49,120 bases of DNA from positions 1-49,120 of the forward strand of contig JAOTTL010000002.1 of NCBI GenBank assembly GCA_029864385.1. The letters run 5' to 3'. Every line of letters begins with the position of its first letter. Positions within the stretch are counted from its first letter, which is position 1. Shown here in pieces: positions 29,815-36,990 of the stretch. The position numbers were made by a program, and so were the translations under genes. Origin of the DNA: Betaproteobacteria bacterium (lineage in GTDB: Bacteria; Pseudomonadota; Gammaproteobacteria; Burkholderiales; SG8-41). The notes beneath the pieces are model-generated. The model searched no databases. It had not been told where the DNA came from and saw only the letters and a program-made list of their open reading frames with translations.

Positions 29815-29943
29815 TGAGTACTGGTGATGAGAGATGGTGATGGGAGATGGTGATGAGAAGCTTTCTCCAACCTGCACCGATGCGAGCGGTTTTCCATCAC
29901 CAGTTTCCATCACCATTAATCATCACCATTAATCATCACCATC
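29811..29943. repeat. inverted 13-nt word arrays between the acyl-CoA synthetase beta and alpha genes
   Basis: Left 29811-29860: GTGATGAGTACTG GTGATGAGAGATG GTGATGGGAGATG GTGATGAGAAG. Right 29894-29943: CCATCACCAGTTT CCATCACCATTAAT CATCACCATTAAT CATCACCATC. 33-nt spacer. Confidence 0.95.
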
Positions 29944-29953
29944 TCGGATTTCA

Positions 29954-31399
29954 ATGAGCGAGAGCATCCTCCAGGAATTCGGACCGTTATTCGCACCGAA
30001 GACGGTGGCAGTCGTCGGCGCCTCAACGAAGGGAACGGCGCTGCCCAATGTGTTCATTCGCCGTATACGGGAATTCGGTTATACCGGTGAGATCTATCCG
30101 ATTCACCCCTCGGCCGCCGAGATCGACGGATTTAAGGCCTACAAGAGCCTCGGCGAGACGCCGCGGCCGATAGACTACGCCTACATCGCCATCGGGGCGG
30201 CGCAGGTCGCGCCGTTGCTCGCGGTTGGCAAGGGGCGGGTGCGCTTCGCACAGGTGATCTCGAGTGGTTTCGGGGAAGTCGACGAGGGCAAGACGCTGGA
30301 GGAAGAACTGGCGGCGGCGGCTCGCGCCGGCGGCATGCGGCTCATCGGCCCCAACTGTCTTGGCATCTACACGCCTCGCGGCCACGTAACTTTTACCGAG
30401 ATCGGTCCCAAGGAATTGGGGTCCATTGGCATCATCTCGCAGAGTGGCGGCCTCGGCACCGACATCATTCGCCGCGGCTATGCGCGCGGCTTGAAGTACT
30501 CCGGGTTGATTACCGTTGGCAACTGCGCCGACGTCGAGCCGCACGAATTGCTTCAGTTTTATCTGGCCGATGCCGAGACCCGGGTCGTCGGCATGTACAT
30601 CGAAACCGCAAAGGACGGCCGGCGGCTGTTCGAGATTCTTCGCGAGGCGCGAGCGAAGAAGCCTGTCGTGATCCTCAAAGGCGGCCGCACGCAACAAGGC
30701 TTGCTTGCCGCCGCCTCGCACACCGGATCGCTTGCCGGCGACGATCGGGTGTGGGTGGCGTTGTCGCGGCAGACGGGCTGCGTGCTGGTGAACACCCTCG
30801 ACGAATTCATCGACGCGCTGCTCATCTTCCAGGCCCTTGCGCCGCACGCGCAGCGCCCGATGCGTCGCGTCGTGCTGTTCGGCAATGGCGGCGGCACTAG
30901 CGTTCTGGCGACGGACTACTATGCACGCCTCGGTCTCGACGTGCTGCCATTCGACCGTGCCGCGATCGCCGCGTTGGCCGACCTGAAATTGCCTCCGGGA
31001 ACGAGCATCACGAATCCCGTGGATTGCCCGGTGGGCACGCTGCAGCAGGAGGACGGCCGGGTCGCGGAGAAGATTCTCGATATCATCTACGAAAAGGGCG
31101 ACCCGGACGTGCTCGTGATGCATCTCAATCTCTCAGCTTTCGTCGGTCGAACCAAGGACGAGGTGCTCGACAACCTCATGCAGGTGGTGCTCCGGGTGCA
31201 GTCGCGGCACCCGGGCCGGGCGCATTTCGTGCTGGTGCTGCGTTCCGACGGCGACCCGCCGCTCGAAGAGCGCAAGCGCGCATTCCGCAGCACGGCCACT
31301 GCGCTGGGTATTCCGGTCTACGACGAGATGGCAAATGCCGGCGTGGCGCTCGCGGCATTGGCGGCGCACGAGCGCTTTATTCATGCTCGAAATGCGTGA
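29954..31399 (+). CDS. ADP-forming acyl-CoA synthetase, alpha (CoA-binding/ligase) subunit
   Basis: CoA-binding VAVVGAS..., phosphohistidine motif AASHTGSLAG, 481 aa. Confidence 0.85.
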   Translation: MSESILQEFGPLFAPKTVAVVGASTKGTALPNVFIRRIREFGYTGEIYPIHPSAAEIDGFKAYKSLGETPRPIDYAYIAIGAAQVAPLLAVGKGRVRFAQVISSGFGEVDEGKTLEEELAAAARAGGMRLIGPNCLGIYTPRGHVTFTEIGPKELGSIGIISQSGGLGTDIIRRGYARGLKYSGLITVGNCADVEPHELLQFYLADAETRVVGMYIETAKDGRRLFEILREARAKKPVVILKGGRTQQGLLAAASHTGSLAGDDRVWVALSRQTGCVLVNTLDEFIDALLIFQALAPHAQRPMRRVVLFGNGGGTSVLATDYYARLGLDVLPFDRAAIAALADLKLPPGTSITNPVDCPVGTLQQEDGRVAEKILDIIYEKGDPDVLVMHLNLSAFVGRTKDEVLDNLMQVVLRVQSRHPGRAHFVLVLRSDGDPPLEERKRAFRSTATALGIPVYDEMANAGVALAALAAHERFIHARNA

Positions 31400-31446
31400 C
31401 CCGTGACCAGCGTTTTCTAAAAACCGGTGAAACCAGAAGACCATTA

Positions 31447-31536
31447 ACCACGGAATCAAACGGAAATACACGGACAATGACCTGAACCGGGAGGCGCGCC
31501 GTAGGCGATCCACAATTTCAGTGTGCTTCCGTGGCT
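31447..31536. repeat. third copy of the CACGGAA-word element plus an inverted GCTTCCGTGGCT
   Basis: 31447-31476 ACCACGGAATCAAACGGAAATACACGGACA (27 of 29 identical to the reverse complement of 29012-29040); 31525-31536 GCTTCCGTGGCT. Confidence 0.85.
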
Positions 31537-31563
31537 GTGTTGTTCTCGACATAGGTTTTAGTG

Positions 31564-32775
31564 ATGCAGTACGCACACGATTTTCGCGCAGTCGGGTATC
31601 CCTTCCGGCTCTATAGCGGCAAGAATGCGCTCGACAAGCTGCCCGACGAGATTGCGCGTCATCGCGCCAGCCGCGCGTTTATCGTCTGCGGCCGCACCGT
31701 TTCGCGCCAGACGCCGCTGATCCGCCAGATGAGCGCCCTGCTCGGCGACAAGCTTGCCGGCTCGTACGATGAAATCGACAAGGACACGACGCTGTCATCG
31801 GTGCTCCGCGCTACCGACGCCGCACGCGCCGCGCAGGCGGATCTCATCATCGGCGTGGGGGCGGGCAGCGTGATCCAGGGTGCCCGGGTGGTCACCATAC
31901 TGCTTGCCGAAAAGCGTCCGCTCGAGGAGCTGATAACGAAGTACCCGGAGCACGGCCCGGCAATCAGCGCGCGGCTCATGGCGCCGAAACTGCCGATCAT
32001 CAACGTGCTCACGGCCCCGACTACAGCGCAGAATCGGGCCGGCTCGCGGATCAAGGACGACGCCACGGGGCGCGGCATGGAATTTTTCGATCCGAAGACC
32101 CGCCCAGGCGCGATCTTCTGGGATGCGGATGCGCTCTCGACGGCGCCGGCGAGCCTCATCCGCACGGGCGCAGCGACCACTTACTGCCGCTGCGTAATGA
32201 ACCTCGGCGGCCTGGCGGTCAATCCTCTGGTGGAAGGAAATCGGCTGCAGGCGTTTCGCCTCGCTGCCGGCGCACTGCCGCGCATTGGCGACAAGGCTGA
32301 TCCGGGGCCGCGGCTCGAGCTCTGCGCGGCGACACTGCTCCAGAACCGCGAGGCCGATGACGGCGGCACGCAATTCGAGCGCCACTGGGCGGGGCGCGTG
32401 ATCTATGCGTTCTCGACCGCGCTGTTCAGCGTGTTTCCTCACGTCGGGCAAGGAGAGGGAACGAGCGCTGTCACCGGGACCGTCCTGCGCCAGCTCGGCA
32501 CGCGGGATCCGGAAGCCATGGTGCGAATGGGCAAGGCCCTCGACGTGTGGCGCGACGGCATGCCGGTCGAGGAGGCGCCGCTGCGCGTTGCCGATGCGCT
32601 CGAGGAAGTGCTCTGCTCCCTTGGGATGCCCACCCGGCTCTCGGCACTCGGCATCGAGCGCGAGGGGCTGCTCCGCGTCATCGAGCACTCGCTGCGGAAC
32701 TTCAACGCCGATCCCAAGCGGGAGTTCGCGCGGGAGCGCGAGCTTCTCACGCGCGTGCTGGAGGCGGCCTGGTAA
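31564..32775 (+). CDS. iron-containing (group III) alcohol dehydrogenase family / maleylacetate-reductase-like oxidoreductase
   Basis: Fe-ADH fold features: IVCGRTV, IIGVGAGSVIQGARVV, ~400 aa. The start could be GTG 31561 or ATG 31564. Confidence 0.75.
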   Translation: MQYAHDFRAVGYPFRLYSGKNALDKLPDEIARHRASRAFIVCGRTVSRQTPLIRQMSALLGDKLAGSYDEIDKDTTLSSVLRATDAARAAQADLIIGVGAGSVIQGARVVTILLAEKRPLEELITKYPEHGPAISARLMAPKLPIINVLTAPTTAQNRAGSRIKDDATGRGMEFFDPKTRPGAIFWDADALSTAPASLIRTGAATTYCRCVMNLGGLAVNPLVEGNRLQAFRLAAGALPRIGDKADPGPRLELCAATLLQNREADDGGTQFERHWAGRVIYAFSTALFSVFPHVGQGEGTSAVTGTVLRQLGTRDPEAMVRMGKALDVWRDGMPVEEAPLRVADALEEVLCSLGMPTRLSALGIEREGLLRVIEHSLRNFNADPKREFARERELLTRVLEAAW

Positions 32776-32934
32776 CAGCCGCGAGCGCGCCGTTTTTCAC
32801 GGCACGCTTCAGATGGCCGCTTCGGCGTTACACGTTCTTACACTTCCTTACGCCTTAATCATTCCTTTTCGGCGGCGCCTCGCTACGATCGAGTCGGCAA
32901 TGTTGCCAACCGACCGATGGACGAGGAGACACCC

Positions 32935-33240
32935 ATGATGGACCCGACGAACTTGTTGATCGTGCTCATGTTGGGCGCGCTTCCGGCGACGGGGCCCGCT
33001 CATTCCGAAACTTTTTCCACTCCACGCATCGAGCACCGGCAGGAATGGCAGCAGCAGCGCATCAGCCACGGCGTTGCCTCGGGCGCGCTCACCAGAAGAG
33101 AAGCGGCGCGCCTGCAGCAAAAGCAGGCGCGCATCGAGCGAGCCGAGCACCGGGCACTGGGCGATGGCAAGTTGACCAGAAAGGAACGCGCCCGAATCGA
33201 GCACCGGCAGGACCAGGCGAGCAAGCACATTTATCGCTAA
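32935..33240 (+). CDS. small secreted protein with two LTxxExARI-type helical repeats
   Basis: RBS GGAG before ATG 32935; signal peptide MMDPTNLLIVLMLGALPATGPAHS. Internal repeat RIEHRQ.....G.LTRREAARL / G.LTRKERARIEHRQ. Confidence 0.5.
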   Translation: MMDPTNLLIVLMLGALPATGPAHSETFSTPRIEHRQEWQQQRISHGVASGALTRREAARLQQKQARIERAEHRALGDGKLTRKERARIEHRQDQASKHIYR

Positions 33241-33254
33241 AAGCACGACTGAGC

Positions 33255-33290
33255 AACGGCGGGAAAGTGATTGTCTCGCCGTTTGTTATC
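33255..33290 (+). terminator. terminator-like hairpin after the small secreted protein gene
   Basis: AACGGCG (33255-33261) / CGCCGTT (33277-33283), followed by TGTTAT. Confidence 0.35.
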
Positions 33291-33389
33291 GGCCGCGCCA
33301 AAGCGCAGCCGGATCCTCATCGCTATGGCGCTGAGTATTCACCGTTGGTTCTTACCAGGCTCTGATTGGCGAGCTCTGCCTCATGTACA

Positions 33390-33755
33390 ATGACCGGCGG
33401 TCAATACAGCCAGGCGCGTGAGGAGAGCGTGGACACGCTGCAAGTCGGGATGAGGCACACCGTGGAGTGGGAAGTCACGGAAAAACTTTGTACGAGCCGA
33501 GGCGAATACAAAGTTTTCTCCACGCCGTCGATGACGCAGTTCGTCGAGATGGCGTCCCAGAGCCTCGCCGCGCCGCATCTCAAGCCCGGCCAGGGGCAGG
33601 TCGGCATCTCGGTCAACATCCGGCATCTCGCGCCCACTCCGATCGGCAAGAACGTGCGGGCCGACGTGGAGCTGATCGGCATCGACCGGCGCAGGCTCGC
33701 CTTCAAGGTCAAGGTGTTCGACGACGTCGAACAGGTGGGCGAAGCCGAGCACTAG
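33390..33755 (+). CDS. hotdog-fold thioesterase (FlK-like), apparently 3'-truncated
   Basis: VGMRHTVEWEVTE..FSTPSMTQFVEMAS..GISVNIRHLAPTPIG..V.A.VELIGIDRRRLAFKVKVFDDVEQVGEAEH-stop. As I recall them, family members continue with ERxxV plus ~15-20 aa after this His. Confidence 0.65.
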   Translation: MTGGQYSQAREESVDTLQVGMRHTVEWEVTEKLCTSRGEYKVFSTPSMTQFVEMASQSLAAPHLKPGQGQVGISVNIRHLAPTPIGKNVRADVELIGIDRRRLAFKVKVFDDVEQVGEAEH

Positions 33756-34045
33756 CAGCCTGTCGGACTCGACGGTCCACAGGCTGCTTAGGGCAAAACC
33801 GCCTGAGGATTTGGCATGAATCTGAACCAAATGACCTCCTCTTGCCCCGCTCCGTTGGAGTCGGATCGAATTCATGTTCCTCTAAGTCTTTCTTGTCGTT
33901 GTAATGCCGGCGGTTTTGCCTCAGGAGTTTGTCAGACCAAAGTCCGACAAACTCCTCGCGGTTCGTGATCGATATGGACAAGTACCTCGAGCGGTTAAGG
34001 AAGAAACTCGAACCGAAGAGATAGAGAGAGAAACAAGAAGTCTAA

Positions 34046-34077
34046 TTGAACCGCCAAGACGCGAAGCACGCCAGGAA
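34046..34077 (-). repeat. reverse-oriented copy of the TTGGCG..GGCGGTTCAG block
   Basis: The reverse complement TTCCTGGCGTGCTTCGCGTCTTGGCGGTTCAA matches 37922-37953 at 26 of 32 positions. Confidence 0.8.
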
Positions 34078-34092
34078 TTCAAGAATTAAATG

Positions 34093-34167
34093 GCTTAACG
34101 CCCCCGATGAGGGGCTGCGGGGACCGCGCAGCGCGTCACGCAGTTCCTCTCGATCGGCATGTTAGGC
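34093..34167 (-). mobile_element. attC-like recombination site (candidate)
   Basis: On the minus strand the site reads GCCTAAC...61 nt...GTTAAGC, matching RYYYAAC / GTTRRRY. The 75-nt site folds by hand into an imperfect hairpin with paired outer and inner boxes, a CCC bulge and one extrahelical G (34152). Confidence 0.55.
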
Positions 34168-34631
34168 GGCGCTAAGGCCGTTATTCCAGCGGCCTCAAGA
34201 CGTAGCGGTCGAGCGAACCGAAGCCTTACTGGTACGCCAACTCCAGATGGCTGACGCAATTAAAGCCAGAAGTCCAAGGGTCTCGACGATCTTGTTGAAG
34301 AAGATGTACATGCTCCCGACGATAACAACCGCGCCGAGAACCGACAGAATCATTGGCCCAAGAACGTGATGTTTTCTATATCCCAGAAAAACGAAACCCA
34401 GCGTGAGCACCGCAAACAGGCTGACCACCGCTGCTTGAATGTGCGGGTTAATGGCGATGGTGATGCCAAAAACTGAAAGAACAGCGACGACTATAAACAG
34501 GCCATTACATGCAATGAACGCCAGAATAGCCGCGGCACCCGGCAGCCAACCCAGTTTTCCCGAGCCCTTTTGCGTGTCAGCGGCCATAGCTCACCTCTTT
34601 CACATTGCGAACTGTTTTGTCAAAAGCCTAA
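34099..34631 (-). mobile_element. candidate integron-type gene cassette (533 nt, G|TT to G|TT) carrying the MerC-like ORF
   Basis: GTTAGGC core (plus 34626-34632) lies 38 nt upstream of the ORF start, and the attC-like site begins 27 nt after the ORF stop. GC content is visibly lower than in flanking DNA. No integrase in the window. Confidence 0.5.
34195..34587 (-). CDS. small 4-TM membrane protein, MerC-like
   Basis: Four hydrophobic helices with a central GYRKHH motif, resembling MerC-domain proteins as recalled. Own RBS GAGGTGAGCT-ATG. Lower GC than neighbours. Confidence 0.5.
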   Translation of the reverse strand: MAADTQKGSGKLGWLPGAAAILAFIACNGLFIVVAVLSVFGITIAINPHIQAAVVSLFAVLTLGFVFLGYRKHHVLGPMILSVLGAVVIVGSMYIFFNKIVETLGLLALIASAIWSWRTSKASVRSTATS

Positions 34632-34633
34632 CG

Positions 34634-35674
34634 TCATGTTGAGCGGCGCGCGCTTGTCGCGCGGCCGCTCGAACTAAAGTCAGCCGTGCTGTCAGCGAAT
34701 TTGAGCGTCGCCCCACGCGCGAGAAGTCTCTGGGCCTGTGTCACCATGGCGTCTAGGATGCTCGCCGCACTCGGGCGGTCGTGGATGAGGCCGACGCATT
34801 CGCCGGCCCCCACCGCGACCATATCGAAATCTTGTCGCGACCTCGCTTCCGCGTAAGCTGCGGCGACTGATCCGAACGCCGCGGTTGCGTCCGCTTCACG
34901 GTGCGCCCACTGCTCCGTCAGCTTGTTCTTGAGAACCCGGTACGAGAACTCTGCGGGCCACGAAACGCCCCGCAGAGCGTCAATCGCCTTCGTACGCACC
35001 GTGTCGTCGCCAGTGGCGCGTGCCGCCCTGTCCGATGCGGCCACCGGGATAAGAGCTTCCTCGGAAGACAGGAATCTTGTGCCGACAACGACACCGTCAG
35101 CGCCCAGCATCAACGCCGCGGCAAGCCCTCGACCGTCCGCAATTCCCCCCGCTGCGAGGAGCAGTGTGGTTGGCGCTCTCCTGGCCAGATAGTCGGCCAC
35201 CTCCGGCACGAACGGCAGGGTCGAGCGAAGGGCACCATGACCTCCGGCCTCTGCCCCCTGGGCAACGATCGCGGCGGCGCCAGCCTCAATCGCTTGGTCC
35301 ACATGTCGCAGCGATTGCACCTGGCAGATCAGCTTGGCGCTGCTCCGCAGGATCCGTTCAGCGAACGGCCTCGGGTCACCGAAAGAGAGAAATACGCAAT
35401 AGGGGGAATGGCTAAGCACCTCATCGAGCACGTGGGGAGCGCGTGCCAGCGCCCAGGTGATAAAGCCGACACCGAACTTCTGCCCCTGGACATGTGAGAG
35501 TTCCTGCGTGAGATCAGGTTCGCCGCCAAGGATACCGGCGTAACCTCCACCGACGATTCCGAGCCCACCAGCACCAGACACAGCCGCCGCCAATCGGCCC
35601 CCGGTAATGAGTGCCATGGGGGCGCAAATGATTGGGTGCTGGATTCCGAAAGCATCAGTCAATCGCGTTCGCAT
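34634..35674 (-). CDS. nitronate monooxygenase (NMO / 2-nitropropane dioxygenase family, FMN-dependent)
   Basis: HPIICAPMALITGGRLAAAVSGAGGLGIVG, TIM-barrel FMN motifs, 346 aa. The C-terminal ~20 codons run through a GC hairpin at 34641-34670. Confidence 0.9.
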   Translation of the reverse strand: MRTRLTDAFGIQHPIICAPMALITGGRLAAAVSGAGGLGIVGGGYAGILGGEPDLTQELSHVQGQKFGVGFITWALARAPHVLDEVLSHSPYCVFLSFGDPRPFAERILRSSAKLICQVQSLRHVDQAIEAGAAAIVAQGAEAGGHGALRSTLPFVPEVADYLARRAPTTLLLAAGGIADGRGLAAALMLGADGVVVGTRFLSSEEALIPVAASDRAARATGDDTVRTKAIDALRGVSWPAEFSYRVLKNKLTEQWAHREADATAAFGSVAAAYAEARSRQDFDMVAVGAGECVGLIHDRPSAASILDAMVTQAQRLLARGATLKFADSTADFSSSGRATSARRST

Positions 35675-35696
35675 GTCGATTTCCTACATTAACTTC

Positions 35697-35901
35697 CGTG
35701 AATCGTGAGTCGTAAATCGACGATATCTTGGCGCGCTTGGCGTCTTGGCGGTTCAGTTCTGGTTCTTATCGGCGTGTATCGGCGTCCATCGGCGGCGAAA
35801 AAAACCGTAAATCGTGAATCGAATCTTTGTTCCTCCTCTGTGTTCTCTGTGCTCTCTGTGGCCAATTGCTTTTGACTTTATCCGCGTTCATCTGCGGCTC
35901 A
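35697..35901. repeat. composite modular repeat element, copy A
   Basis: Blocks in order: CGTGAAT-type heptads 35697-35724; TCTTGGCGCGCTTGGCGTCTTGGCGGTTCAG 35726-35756; TATCGGCG x3 35767-35797; heptads 35806-35826; CTCTGTG x3 (9-nt) 35835-35863; GCGTTCATCTGCGGCT 35884-35899. Confidence 0.9.
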
Positions 35902-36780
35902 TTTCCGCTTTGCCATGGTGGACGGATTAAGCGACCGGGGATCGCGCGGCCGCCAACGCCCCGAGTCCACGAGGGACAGGAATTCATCCGTGATGCCGTG
36001 GAAGAGATCCGGCTCCTCGACGTTGACCGCGTGGCCAGTCGCGGGCACGACCGTCAGGCGTGCCGCGGGGCAGACGCGCTTGATGAAGATCGCGGGATCC
36101 AGGCAGTTGTTGTCCTCGTCACCCGTGATGATGTGGGTCGGCACCTTCATCCGCCGCAGTGACCGCTCCAGGCTGTAGAGCGTCGGGCGGCGCGCCTGGA
36201 CACCGCGCAGGGTGTTCGCCGAGCCGAGCGCCGAGTGCGTGGCGAACATCATGCAGAATTCGCGGAAACTCCGCGGGTCCTTGTTCTGCAGCTGCACCCG
36301 GGCCGGCCCGATCTGGTAGACCTTGATGGCTTGTGGCGTGCCAAGCTCGTCGAAGCGACGCGCCATCACCTCGGTGTCGCGCTGGAATTGGTGGCGTTTG
36401 TCCGGGTCTGATCCATAGCCGACGCCAATCGACGTGACTGAGCGCGCCATGTGGGGGTAGCGCAGCCCGAAGTGGAGCGCCGCAAAACCCCCCATCGAGC
36501 AGCCGATGACGTGCGCCTTGCGGATCTTCAGATGCCGCAGCACGTTGGCGATATCGTCGGTCGCGATCGCCTGTGAGTATTGGGAACCCGCCTTCGGCAC
36601 TTCCGAGGGCGGATAGCCGCGCGCGTTGAACACGATGCAGCGATAACGGCGGCTAAAGTAGCGGATCTGCGGCTCCCAGCCGCGCATATCGTGGGCGAAC
36701 TCGTGCACAAAGATGAGGGGTGTGCCGCGGCCCGCTTCTTCGTAGTAAAGCCTCACCCCGTTGGAATCAGCAAAAGGCAT
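35899..36780 (-). CDS. alpha/beta-fold hydrolase (paralog 1)
   Basis: Nucleophile elbow GCSMGG and HEF..D oxyanion region. ATG 36780 is preceded by GGAG. C-terminal tail WRPRDPRSLNPSTMAKRK is shared with paralog 2. Confidence 0.85.
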   Translation of the reverse strand: MPFADSNGVRLYYEEAGRGTPLIFVHEFAHDMRGWEPQIRYFSRRYRCIVFNARGYPPSEVPKAGSQYSQAIATDDIANVLRHLKIRKAHVIGCSMGGFAALHFGLRYPHMARSVTSIGVGYGSDPDKRHQFQRDTEVMARRFDELGTPQAIKVYQIGPARVQLQNKDPRSFREFCMMFATHSALGSANTLRGVQARRPTLYSLERSLRRMKVPTHIITGDEDNNCLDPAIFIKRVCPAARLTVVPATGHAVNVEEPDLFHGITDEFLSLVDSGRWRPRDPRSLNPSTMAKRK

Positions 36781-36800
36781 CACTTACTCCGTTATAGATG

Positions 36801-36990
36801 TGTGAGTCGTGAATCGTAAAAGGTGAATCGTGTTTCTCTCTTTTTGGCGCGCATGGCGCGCATGGCGCCGTGGCGGTTCAGTCCGGAAACTTATCGGCGT
36901 TCATCGGCGGCGAATCAGATCTGTTCGGGGTTCGAAGTTCTGGGTTCTCTATTTCTTTGTATGTATTGATCCGCGTTTATCTGCGGCTCA
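36801..36990. repeat. composite modular repeat element, copy B
   Basis: Heptads TGTGAGT CGTGAAT CGTAAAA GGTGAAT 36801-36832; TGGCGCGCA x2 ..TGGCGGTTCAG 36845-36881; TTATCGGCGTTCATCGGCGGCG 36891-36912; GTTCGGG GTTCGAA GTTCTGG GTTCTCT 36923-36950; GCGTTTATCTGCGGCT 36973-36988. Confidence 0.9.

Noticed and set aside
23677-29860. Programmed stop-codon readthrough or selenocysteine recoding at stops embedded in TGA-rich arrays
   Set aside because: Downstream frames hit further stops within one to three repeat units. No SECIS-like hairpin is present and no conserved protein sequence continues past the stops.
33709-34089. ORFs 33709-33981 (minus, 90 aa) and 33904-34089 (plus, 61 aa) in the low-GC spacer as possible toxin-antitoxin or cassette genes
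   Set aside because: There are no recognisable motifs and no RBS. One overlaps the thioesterase antisense, and the translations look random. The region is left unassigned.
34626-34645. GCCTAAC-gtcat-GTTGAGC as a second complete attC site
   Set aside because: At 20 nt end to end, it is far shorter than any attC and cannot form L boxes. It is treated as a hybrid or secondary junction only.
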